Source: an uncultured delta proteobacterium (GTDB lineage: Bacteria > Myxococcota > Myxococcia > Myxococcales > Myxococcaceae). Taken from it: a DNA stretch of 64,000 nucleotides. The notes under the pieces are model-generated. The model saw only the letters and a list, made by a program, of their open reading frames with translations. It searched no databases and was not told the origin of the DNA. Of this stretch, positions 55,301 to 63,172 are shown piece after piece. The stretch covers positions 257,186 to 321,185 of the forward strand of contig CAVZMH010000017.1 in assembly GCA_963776345.1 (NCBI GenBank), read 5' to 3'. Position 1 is the first letter of the stretch. Every line of letters begins with the position of its first letter. The translations under genes were made by a program, and so were the position numbers.

Positions 55301-55406
55301 TGCGGCGCACCGAGCGGAGGAAGCGGTCGACGGTCGCGCCCGCCGCGGCGTCCGGCAGCGGGGTGGGGGCGGAGTCGGTCTCCGGGGCGGAGTGCAGCAG
55401 ATTCAC
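52302..55406 (-). CDS. DUF4175-like membrane-anchored coiled-coil protein
   Basis: N-terminal TMs, 'YPAYTG', 'ASDDYGL', 'EALDND', long Gln/Glu coiled coil, ends 'YYEELVK'; start approximate. Confidence 0.82.
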   Translation of the reverse strand: MNLLHSAPETDSAPTPLPDAAAGATVDRFLRSVRRRQARAVALESALLGSACLGLGLALAGALAKAWPRGVRWVLAVAVLAAAGLVAERVWRHWTRAAGNPFRTARLVAGRVPGVSLDLLAALELRQAMGHDPTFSTELAFAHLRAVDARTAALDAHAVVDRAAVRRAGSIALGALVALGLVGGLWPDRMRALLVALRPAAAAGAQGAREPITAELELLYQYPAYTGLAPRTVTSTGDLAGPKGTVVQLRTRADRQVVGAQLQLSGGAVVPLRVEHGRDLSGSLVLQTPGTYAVVFTGRAGREVARGPEFPLTVEPDGPPQASILLPGAELEVDPDQEVLLRWEASDDYGLSDVALVWTDPDGQTHRQKLAHDDGRKSSGQYRWPLSALKLTAGDRVGYAVEALDNDAVDGPQKGTSRQQTLVVYSAAEHRREALRRAAELWERLLGHLATRMEGPDRDVRKSEDKVRAQEPVDTSGLGLAGDLVSTARALARERDRNEALVAALEHVGQDVASRVRATSDSRKLWIRLFGRRTELDMDGRLTRVVQEEISALEKDALYLESLLDQQRLEELRELAGQLARDQRELAKLIEQFQSTRDPGLQEKILRQVSALRKRMEELARRMGELQKSIRDEHFNVEAMRELAKQQDMQGGLDDIEKLLKEGKTEEALAKLQQLQAQMSELQKGLDEAAGSMGGRANPELVKRYREFSDALKSTTEEQKQLAEQTKAVRDRYRDQMRQRMKQAAQGLKETLQRKADQVVQDYQRVGPNDLSPRADLPLEQAKSELENLKSALKSDDFDLAAEAAQRAVRQSEELARAGEQQRALDEAYQNPADVREKSRKLSQRLEKDAETVRDIRKKLDQLFPPLSSQLGQADRQKLQELSQGQRKLGQRGQDLQQKMRQLEQMAPLFGEQGEEALQQISDRMAGAAERLEGKDPQRGYGEQKAALDSLEQLQQSMQQSQRGGGKGGLPLPLLAGGEQEGGNELSRQKVEVPDADPNGAPREFRKDLLDAMKQGTPERYRDQVKQYYEELVK

Positions 55407-55544
55407 GGCAGAATCGGAGGGCCTGGAGCGCGGGGCCGGGCGACAACCCCGGACCCCGCTCCGCCCTTCCTGGGCAGGTGCGAGCATGGCCTGTGGCGGG
55501 GTGTCCTGGGAAGTGCACCCCCAGGCCGGGTGGGCATCGCCCGA

Positions 55545-55584
55545 CGGAAGGCGCCCCTCGGGACCCCGAGAAGGGCGCCTTCCG
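55545..55584 (-). terminator. Strong hairpin just after the comEA stop (terminator-like, no U-tract)
   Basis: CGGAAGGCGCCC (55545-55556) / GGGCGCCTTCCG (55573-55584) with inner CTCGGG/CCCGAG. Confidence 0.55.
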
Positions 55585-55590
55585 GACGGC

Positions 55591-55989
55591 TCAGGGACGC
55601 GTTGCCGCCGGGCGCTGGCGCGCGCTGGCCTTCCCGCCCGCCGGCCCCGCGCGCCCCGGTGCGGCCACGAAGCTCGTCGGTCCGGTGACGGTCAGGTGCG
55701 GCCGGAGCCGCTCGAACCGCTTCCGGCTCAGGCCCCGGACTCGCATCACGTCCTCGGGCCGGCTGAACGGCCGGGTGCTGCGCTCGGCCACCACCGCCGA
55801 AGCGAGCGTCGGGCTGATGCCCGGGAGCGCGTCGATCTGGTCCAGCGTGGCGGTGTTGAGGTTCAGCACCCCCGTTCCGACGGGTCGCTTGGCCTTCCCG
55901 GCGGTGGCCGAGCCCGGCGGGACCGGGGCCGCATGCGCCCACGTGCCCGAGAGGACCACCGCCGCGAGCACGAGCCCGCGCGCGCTCAC
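55591..55989 (-). CDS. comEA: ComEA-like helix-hairpin-helix DNA-binding protein
   Basis: Signal peptide; 'LNLNTATLDQIDALPGISP..PFSRPEDVMRVRGL..RLRPHLTV'; GTGA overlap with the upstream gene. Confidence 0.85.
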   Translation of the reverse strand: MSARGLVLAAVVLSGTWAHAAPVPPGSATAGKAKRPVGTGVLNLNTATLDQIDALPGISPTLASAVVAERSTRPFSRPEDVMRVRGLSRKRFERLRPHLTVTGPTSFVAAPGRAGPAGGKASARQRPAATRP

Positions 55990-56219
55990 TGGGCACCTCC
56001 CACGGCCGACAGCTTGGGCTCCGCCGCCGCCGCCTCCGGCGACTCGCGCCGCTCGCCGGCCTCGCGCACGTGCAGCTTGCCGTCCAGCGGCAGCACGTCC
56101 AGGAGCACGTTCAGCGAACCGTCGCGGTTCACGAACGCCGACCCTGCCCGGACCCAGACCGTTCCACCCTTGCCTTCGCGGATGGAGAACACCGCCAGCC
56201 GCTTTCCTGTCGTCAGCAC
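55986..56219 (-). CDS. Small beta-rich hypothetical protein
   Basis: GGAGG RBS; 'WVRAGSAFVNRDGSLNVLLDVLPLDGKLHVRE'. Confidence 0.75.
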   Translation of the reverse strand: MLTTGKRLAVFSIREGKGGTVWVRAGSAFVNRDGSLNVLLDVLPLDGKLHVREAGERRESPEAAAAEPKLSAVGGAQ

Positions 56220-56299
56220 CTTCCACCTCCACGCCCTCGACCGGGCCGGCATGGCCCGGCGTCGGCCCGCCGATACGGACCGCACGAGCCTGGGTCCCG

Positions 56300-56316
56300 A
56301 GCAGCGGCCGTGCCAG
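56300..56316 (-). promoter_or_regulatory. Putative sigma54 (-24/-12) promoter
   Basis: Minus strand CTGGCACGGCCGCTGCT, with correct GG-N10-GC spacing. Confidence 0.65.
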
Positions 56317-56491
56317 CGAGGTCCCGGGCGAGCGAGGCGCAGGACCGGTCCGCGCGACGGGACCGACGCTCCGGACTTCTGGACGGATGTTCAGCCCGGA
56401 CCACTCGGACTGCGCGCGGGTCCAGTCGGCGCGACGAAGGAAGTCGCGGCTCCCGTTCACCGCGGACATCGATGGTCCTGCATCGTCCCGG

Positions 56492-56553
56492 CCAGTACTC
56501 GGCGACATCGCGGTGGGCGACATCCACGTGAACGGGCAGCTGACGCTCGGCGA
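56492..56553 (+). pseudogene. Remnant fragment of an M13 peptidase paralog
   Basis: 56508-56550 matches 58381-58423 at 39/43 nt; encodes IAVGDIHVNGQLTLG versus LAVDDIHVNGKLTLG. Confidence 0.7.
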
Positions 56554-56681
56554 CCGGAACCGAGACGCTAGTCCTCCGGCGACGGGCTCGGTCTGGTGAC
56601 CGGATGGGACCAAGGGCGCATGACGGACGGGGGAGGACGGCGGATACGGTCGGCCGCCGCGCCCACCGCGAAGGACACGCC

Positions 56682-58739
56682 ATGCGTCCCCTTCTCCTCC
56701 TGCCCTTGCTGCTCGGGGTCACCGCGCTCGCCGCCGAGCCGGCGCCCGCCGACGGTCCGCTCCCGTCGCTCCCCTACACGCCAGGCCTCGACCCGGCGTC
56801 GATGGACCGGAGCGCCGACCCCTGCGTCGACTTCTACGCGTACTCCTGCGGCGGCTGGCAGGCGCGCAACGCCATCCCCCCGGACCAGGGCGCGTGGAGC
56901 GTGTACGCGAAGCTCGAGGCGGACATCGAGCGGCACCTGTGGGGGCTGCTCCAGGCCGCGGCCGACCCCTCGGCGTCGCGCAGCCCGGTGCAGACCCAGA
57001 TCGGCGACTACTTCGCCGCCTGCATGGACGAGCCGCGGGTCGAGGCGCTGGGAGCCAGGCCGCTCGAGCCGGCGCTCACCGCGCTCGCCGAGGTGAAGGA
57101 CCGCCGCGGGCTCGCCGAGTGGGTGGCCCGCCAGCACCTGGCCACGCGGACCTCGCGGCTGATGTTCGGCTTCGACGCCGAGCAGGACTCCTCGGACGCG
57201 ACCCAGTTCATCGCCGCGGTGTACGCGGGCGGCATCGGGCTCCCGGACCGGGACGACTACCTGGACCAGGACGCGAAGGCGAAGGAGCAGCGGAGCAAGT
57301 ACCAGGAGCACATCGTGCGGACGCTCCAGCTCCTCGGGGACGACGCGGCCACGGCGAAGGGCACCGCGGCGCTGGCGATGGACATCGAGACCAGGCTCGC
57401 CAGGGCCACCCTCACCCGGGTCGAGCAGCGGGACCCGTACAAGGTCTTCCACCGGGTCCCGGTGGAGAAGCTGACCGCGACGGCGCCCACCTTCGACTGG
57501 AAGACGTATCTCACGACGGTGGGCGTTCCCGGGACCAAGGTGCTCAACCTGAGCCAGCCCAAGTTCTTCCAGGCGCTGGACCGGGAGCTGAAGCGCCGCC
57601 CGCTGGCGGACTGGAAGCGGTACCTGCGCTGGCACCTGGCGAACGTGAGCGCGCGGTACCTCTCACGAGCGTTCGTGGAGGAGGACTTCGCCTTCCATGG
57701 CAAGTACCTCTCGGGCACCGAGCAGATCGCCCCGCGGTGGAAGCGTTGCGTCCGCTGGGTGGACCGGGACCTGGGCGAGGCGCTGGGGCAGGTCTTCGTC
57801 CAGAAGAACTTCTCGGCCGAGCTCAAGGAGAGGACCCTGGCCATGGTGCTCGGCATCGAGCACGAGATGGAGGCCGACCTCCGGACGCTGGAGTGGATGT
57901 CACAGCCCACCCGCGAGCGCGGCGTGGAGAAGCTCAAGGCGATGGCCAACAAGATCGGCTACCCCGACCGGTGGCGCGACTACGCGTCCATCCGGCTTCT
58001 GCGCGACGACTTCCACGGCAACGTGACGCGGGCGGTGCAGTTCGAGTCCATCCGGCAGCTGGGCCACATCGGCAAGCCGGTGGACCGCGGCGAGTGGGAG
58101 ATGACGCCGCAGACGGTGAACGCCTACTACAGCCCGACGATGAACGACATGAACTTCCCGGCCGGCGTGCTGCAGCCGCCGCTCTACGACCCGAAGATGG
58201 ACGCGGCGCCGGGGTACGGGAACACCGGGGGCACCATCGCCCACGAGCTGACGCACGGCTTCGACGACGAGGGGCGGCAGTACGACGCCAGGGGCAACCT
58301 GAAGGACTGGTGGACCAAGCAGGACGCGGCCGAGTTCGCCCGGCGCACCGCCTGCGTCTCCGACCAGTACTCGACCTACCTCGCGGTGGACGACATCCAC
58401 GTCAACGGGAAGCTCACGCTCGGGGAGGACGTGGCGGACCTGGGCGGGCTGGTCCTGGCGCTACCGGGCCTGGAAGGCGGCCACGGCGAACCAGAAGCTC
58501 GCGCCCATCGACGGGCTCACCCCCGAGCAGCGCTTCTTCGTGGGCTACGCCCAGTGGGCCTGCGCCAACGTGCGGCCGCAGGTCACCCGGCTGCGCGCGC
58601 GGACGGATCCGCACTCGCCGCCGCAGATACCGGGTGAACGGGCTGGTGGTGAACATGCCCGAGTTCGGCCAGGCCTTTTCTTGTCTACCCGGGCGCGCCG
58701 ATGACCAAGCCCCCGGAGAAGGTCTGCAAGGTCTGGTGA
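56682..58739 (+). CDS. M13-family (neprilysin/PepO-like) zinc endopeptidase with three +1 frameshifts near the 3' end
   Basis: 'DPCVDFYAYSCGGW', 'VNAYY', HELTH, 'GEDVAD'; the tail 'YRAWK..RFFVGYAQW..DPHSP..YRVNG..VCKVW*' is recovered by shifts near 58461, 58627 and 58690. Confidence 0.9.
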
Positions 58740-58755
58740 GCGGCGGCGCCCCTCG

Positions 58756-59274
58756 CTAGGCGCGGATGAAGTAGCGCTCGATGTACTCGCTCTCGAACGG
58801 CACGCCGTCGAGCATCGCGGGGGTGAAGCGGTTGCGAAGAAGCGCGTCGATGTAGGCGCTGTTGTGCCCGCCGTCCATCAGCCCGCGGCACTTGATGGCC
58901 TCGCCGGTGACGGTGACGGTGCAGGCCACCTCACCGTAGGCGTCCACGGAATGCGGCAGGCCCGTGCCGATGTCGGGGAGGGGGTTCAGCCGCTTCGGGG
59001 GGGTGAAGCGGGTGTCGAGCGTGCTGCAGGCGCGCGCGTCCGCTTGCTCGCAGGCGGCGCCCAGGAGCCGGGCGGCCCGGTCCGGCTGCTTGTCGGCGGC
59101 CGCGGGGTCGATGAGCTTCAGCGCGTCGTCCGTGCAGCGGCTGGCCCGGTCGCCGGTGCAGAGCTGCTTGGTGTCGGTGTCCGGCGGGGGGTACCAATGC
59201 TTCAGCGCGACCTTGTTGAAGCTCTGGATGCAGCCGAGGGTGGTGACGAGCAGCACCGCGAGGAGAACGCGCAT
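58756..59274 (-). CDS. Lipoprotein with a Sel1-like repeat and a TonB C-terminal-like domain
   Basis: Lipobox TLGC; 'AARLLGAACEQADARAC'; 'FTPPKRL..VACTVTVTGEAIKCR..IDALLRNRFTPAMLDGVPFESEY'. Confidence 0.65.
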   Translation of the reverse strand: MRVLLAVLLVTTLGCIQSFNKVALKHWYPPPDTDTKQLCTGDRASRCTDDALKLIDPAAADKQPDRAARLLGAACEQADARACSTLDTRFTPPKRLNPLPDIGTGLPHSVDAYGEVACTVTVTGEAIKCRGLMDGGHNSAYIDALLRNRFTPAMLDGVPFESEYIERYFIRA

Positions 59275-59380
59275 GTCGAGCGAGCGTGGGCCAGCGCGTC
59301 GGAGCGCGTCAATGGCAAAGCCTTCACCGCGAATCGCAGACCCCTTGCACCGCGGCCGGCCGCTGTGCCACACAGCCTCT

Positions 59381-59610
59381 CGCCCCCGGGTGCCCATGTC
59401 GGGCCCAACAGGGAAGCCGGTGAGAGTCCGGCGCGGTCCCGCCACTGTGAACGGAGCGGCCCGAGGAACCGGGCCGGTTCGACATCCTCCGTCGGTCGCC
59501 ACTGCGGACAGCCGTTCCGCGGGAAGGTGGGAGGACGAGCCCCGGACGTGAAGGCGCCATCGGGGCGCCGCCTGCGTCCGAACCCGTGAGCCAGGAGACC
59601 TGCCCGAGGG
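59381..59610 (+). ncRNA. Cobalamin (AdoCbl) riboswitch
   Basis: GGTGC..AACAGGGAAGCCGGTGAGAGTCCGGCGCGGTCCCGCCACTGTGA..GCCACTG..GGGAAGG..GAGCCAGGAGACCTGCC (B12 box), upstream of a TonB-dependent receptor. Confidence 0.95.
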
Positions 59611-59678
59611 TGCGGCGCCGGTGACCCCGGCGACGCCGAAGGCCTTCTCTCTTCGGAGAAGAGAGTCGAAGGCGGACG

Positions 59679-61592
59679 ATGGGCGGATGGCGGTGGGTCC
59701 GGGCCTGTCTGGGGCCGGCGTTGAGCGTGGCGTCGATCGCCTGGGGCCAGTCCCCGGCGGTGGAGCTGCCGCCCGTGGACGTGCCCGTCCCGGCCGCGCC
59801 TCCCCCGCCCGAGTCGCCCCTGGTGCGTGACCCCACCGGCCTCACCACGGTGGTCGACGTCGAGTCCCGCCGCGCCGAGGGGTCCACGGTGGGCGCGCTG
59901 GTGGGCGAGGCGCCGGGAGTCGTTCTCCAGCAGGCCGGCGGGCTCGGCCAGGCCGAGCAGCTCACGCTCCGCGGCGCCTCGAGCACCGGGGTCCTGGTGC
60001 TGCTCGACGGCGTCCCTCTCAACGGGCTGGGCGGCATCGCCGACCTGAGCCTGGTCCCGCTCCCGGCCGTGCAGCGGGCCGAGGTGCTCCGCGGCGGCGC
60101 CGGCGCACGCTACGGCGCGGGCGCGCTCGGCGGGGTGGTGAACCTCGTCACCCGGAGCAGCGCCGAGCCCGTCGTCTCGGCCGACCTCGCCCACGGAAGC
60201 TTCGGCACCACCCAGGGCAGCGCCAGCGTCTCCGGCCCCGTGCTCGGCGGCTCGGGGCTGCTCGAGCTGCACGCCGGCCACACCGACGGCGACTTCACCT
60301 ACACCTACGACCCGCTCGCCGGGACGCCCGCCAGCAAGCCCCAGACGCTGGTCCGCGAGAACAACCAGGCCACCTGGGTGGGGGGACTCGCCAAGGGAGG
60401 CGGACGGGTGGGTCCGTGGCAGCTCGATGGGCTCGTCCAGGTCAGCGCGCTCTCCCGAGGGCTCGCCGGCACGGTGGACGCGCCCTCGCCGGACGCGCAC
60501 CAGGATTTCCTCGGGCTCCAAACCGGACTCCGGCTCTCGCGCTCGTTCGCCTCCGGGGCCGACACCTCCTTCCGGCTCGACGCTCGCCGGGAGACCAGCA
60601 CCTTCCGCGGCGGCTTCCTCTCCCAGGACACCCGCTGGTGGGAGGCCTCGCTCGCCTGGGACGGGACGCTGCCGCTCGGCCACCACTGGCTGTCCGCGTC
60701 CGCCTCGGTGGGCCTCTCCTTCGCCGACGCCGGCTCGGCCTCGCCGCGCTGGGCGGTGACCTCGCTCTCGCTCCAGGACGAGTGGCGGCTCGCCCAGGAC
60801 CGGGTCTCCATCGTTCCGTCGCTCCGGCTCGACCAGGCGGGGACCTTCGTCGGGGTCTCGCCCAAGCTCGGGGTCTCCTGGGCGCTGCCGGCCGGCGTCA
60901 CGCTGCAGGCCAACGTGGGGCAGTCGTTCCGGGTCCCCTCGTTCCTCGAGCTGTTCATTCCCACCGGGACGCAGCTCGCCAACCCCGACCTCCAGCCCGA
61001 GCGCGGCGTCTTCGTGGACGCAGGGGCGGGAGTGGCCGGCACACCGGGGTCGCTCCGGGTCGCCGGCTTCGCCGCGCAGTACCAGAACCTCATCATCTAC
61101 GACTACCAGCCGCCGGTCCCCACCCGGCCGCGCAACGCCCCGGCGGTCCGGGCCGCCGGGCTCGAGGCGGAGGGACGGCTCGCCCCGGCCCGCTGGATGG
61201 AGCTGAGCGGGAGCTACGGCCTGCTCTTCACCGAGAACATCCGCGACATCCAGGCCTACTACCTCAAGGAGGTCCCCTTCCGGCCGCGCCACCGGGGGAC
61301 CCTGCGCCTCGCGGTGGGGCCCGAGCGCATCCGGGTGCACGGCACCCTCCGCGGCCAGTCGGAGATGTTCCTCAACCGCTCCAACACCCAGGCCATCGCC
61401 GGCCGGGCGCTGGTGGACGCGGGGGTCGACGTCCTCGCCGTCCGTCGGCCCGAGGTGCTGCTCTCCTTCAACGCCACCAACCTGGGCGACGTGCAGACGC
61501 GCGACTTCGACGCCTATCCGCTGCCCGGCCGCGCCCTCTTCGCCACCCTGACCGTCCGCCTCGACCTGGGGCGCCAGAAGGAGTCTCCATGA
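59679..61592 (+). CDS. btuB: TonB-dependent cobalamin receptor
   Basis: Plug 'LRGASSTGVLVLLDGVPLN..EVLRGG..YGAGALGGVVNLVT'; 'NPDLQPE'; 'YPLPGRALF'; follows the B12 riboswitch. Confidence 0.88.
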   Translation: MGGWRWVRACLGPALSVASIAWGQSPAVELPPVDVPVPAAPPPPESPLVRDPTGLTTVVDVESRRAEGSTVGALVGEAPGVVLQQAGGLGQAEQLTLRGASSTGVLVLLDGVPLNGLGGIADLSLVPLPAVQRAEVLRGGAGARYGAGALGGVVNLVTRSSAEPVVSADLAHGSFGTTQGSASVSGPVLGGSGLLELHAGHTDGDFTYTYDPLAGTPASKPQTLVRENNQATWVGGLAKGGGRVGPWQLDGLVQVSALSRGLAGTVDAPSPDAHQDFLGLQTGLRLSRSFASGADTSFRLDARRETSTFRGGFLSQDTRWWEASLAWDGTLPLGHHWLSASASVGLSFADAGSASPRWAVTSLSLQDEWRLAQDRVSIVPSLRLDQAGTFVGVSPKLGVSWALPAGVTLQANVGQSFRVPSFLELFIPTGTQLANPDLQPERGVFVDAGAGVAGTPGSLRVAGFAAQYQNLIIYDYQPPVPTRPRNAPAVRAAGLEAEGRLAPARWMELSGSYGLLFTENIRDIQAYYLKEVPFRPRHRGTLRLAVGPERIRVHGTLRGQSEMFLNRSNTQAIAGRALVDAGVDVLAVRRPEVLLSFNATNLGDVQTRDFDAYPLPGRALFATLTVRLDLGRQKESP

Positions 61593-63172
61593 CGTCGTGT
61601 CCCCGAGTGGCCCTGGCCGCTCTCCTCCTCGCCGTGGCGGCCGTGTTGCCGGGGTGCCTGGACACCAGCCAGCTCCAGTGCAATCCCGGCACGGTCCAGT
61701 GCGGCGACACCTGCGTGGCGACCGCCAACGACGACCAGAACTGCGGCGCGTGCGGCTCGGCCTGCACCGGCGGCAACGTCTGCGTGGCCAGCGCGTGCGT
61801 GTGCCCGGTGGGCCAGGGCGTGTGCAACGGCATCTGCACCCGGGTGGCCACTGACTCGAAGAACTGCGGCGCCTGCGGCGTCTCGTGTGGAGCGGGCCAA
61901 ACCTGCAACCAGGGCGTGTGCCAGGACTGTCCTTCCGACGGAGGGTCCACGCCGGTCGGGTGCCGGACGGCGCTCCTCGCCGGGTGCATCGCGACGTCGG
62001 GGGGCTTCCTCCAGCCCATCGAGGACGCGCCGGGGGGTCTCCTGCTCGCGGCGCCGGTGAACCCGTCGGGAGCGACGTTCCCCGATGCCCTGGGGGTGCT
62101 GGGCACGGCGCTGCTCTACGCCGACCACGACAGCTCGACCCTGTACGAGGTGCCCATCGGGCAGCTCTCGACGTCCAGCGCCGAGAAGCTCTCGCTGGTC
62201 GGCCCGTCCACCGGGAGCAAGGCCGGGACGACCCAGCTCCTCGTCGAGTCGGCGGACGGGGGCTCGGGGAGCCGCATCTACGCGATGAACAGCCTGGTCA
62301 ACGCGCTGCGCATCTTCGAGGGCCCGCCCCCGGGGAATGCCGGACAGCTGCTGAACCAGGGAGCGGGCGCGCTGGGCCTGGTGGCGAAGGGCGGCGCGGC
62401 GTTCGACCCCGGGAGCTACCCCGGGTCGTTCGCCAAGCTCGGCACCGACGTCTTCGTCCCGCTCAACGGCACCGGGAAGGTGGTCCGGGTGAACGTGAGC
62501 GACCCGGCGAACGCGCAGGTGAAGGACACCTACGACCTCCAGCCGCTGGTCGCCGCGCTCCCGGGCGGCGGGGTGGCACCGGACGGCGGCCCGTTCACCC
62601 CCTCGCCCACCCAGGCCATCGCCCGGAACGGCGTGGTGTACGTGGCCGCCAACGTGCTTCGCTACTTCGCCGACTTCAGCGGAGCCGACTTCGGCCCGCC
62701 GCTGGTGGTGCGCATCGACCCCGCCAAGGTCGGACAGGCGGCGCTCTCGGCGGTGCAGGGCTTCGCCGGTGACGCGGGCACCTGCCAGAACGTCGAGTGG
62801 CTCTCCACGCTCCAGCTCGGCTCGGCGGCCACCCCCATGCTGGTGAGCTGCGCCGGGGCGCGCACCTACGACCCGACGACCTTCGACGTCACCTCGGTCC
62901 AGAACACCGCGCTGCTCCTGCTGGACGGCACGGACCGGCAGATCGCCGCCTGGGTCCCGAGCTCCGCGTCCGGGCAGCCGCCTCCGAGCGTGGGCCGCGC
63001 GGTGGCCCAAAACACCAGCGTCTACGTCGCCGACGAGACCGCCGGGCGGCTCTACGTCATCGACTACGCGACCAACGGCTTCGTGGAGCGGGTGGGCTAC
63101 GTGGATGGCGGGACCCCCGCGGCGGCCTGCCCGTCGTACATCACCGACCTCACGCTGGTGCCCGCGCCGTGA
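61589..63172 (+). CDS. Cys-rich-repeat lipoprotein with probable beta-propeller (MXAN_6577-like)
   Basis: ATGA overlap; lipobox LPGC; two 'D.xNCGACG..C....C....C' repeats; blade-like segments 'VYVADETAGRLYVID'. Confidence 0.8.
   Translation: MTSCPRVALAALLLAVAAVLPGCLDTSQLQCNPGTVQCGDTCVATANDDQNCGACGSACTGGNVCVASACVCPVGQGVCNGICTRVATDSKNCGACGVSCGAGQTCNQGVCQDCPSDGGSTPVGCRTALLAGCIATSGGFLQPIEDAPGGLLLAAPVNPSGATFPDALGVLGTALLYADHDSSTLYEVPIGQLSTSSAEKLSLVGPSTGSKAGTTQLLVESADGGSGSRIYAMNSLVNALRIFEGPPPGNAGQLLNQGAGALGLVAKGGAAFDPGSYPGSFAKLGTDVFVPLNGTGKVVRVNVSDPANAQVKDTYDLQPLVAALPGGGVAPDGGPFTPSPTQAIARNGVVYVAANVLRYFADFSGADFGPPLVVRIDPAKVGQAALSAVQGFAGDAGTCQNVEWLSTLQLGSAATPMLVSCAGARTYDPTTFDVTSVQNTALLLLDGTDRQIAAWVPSSASGQPPPSVGRAVAQNTSVYVADETAGRLYVIDYATNGFVERVGYVDGGTPAAACPSYITDLTLVPAP

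Noticed and set aside
60416..63172. 918-aa ORF suggesting a fusion overlapping btuB
   Set aside because: The real start is ATG 61589 with a lipoprotein signal; the upstream part is an alternate frame of btuB
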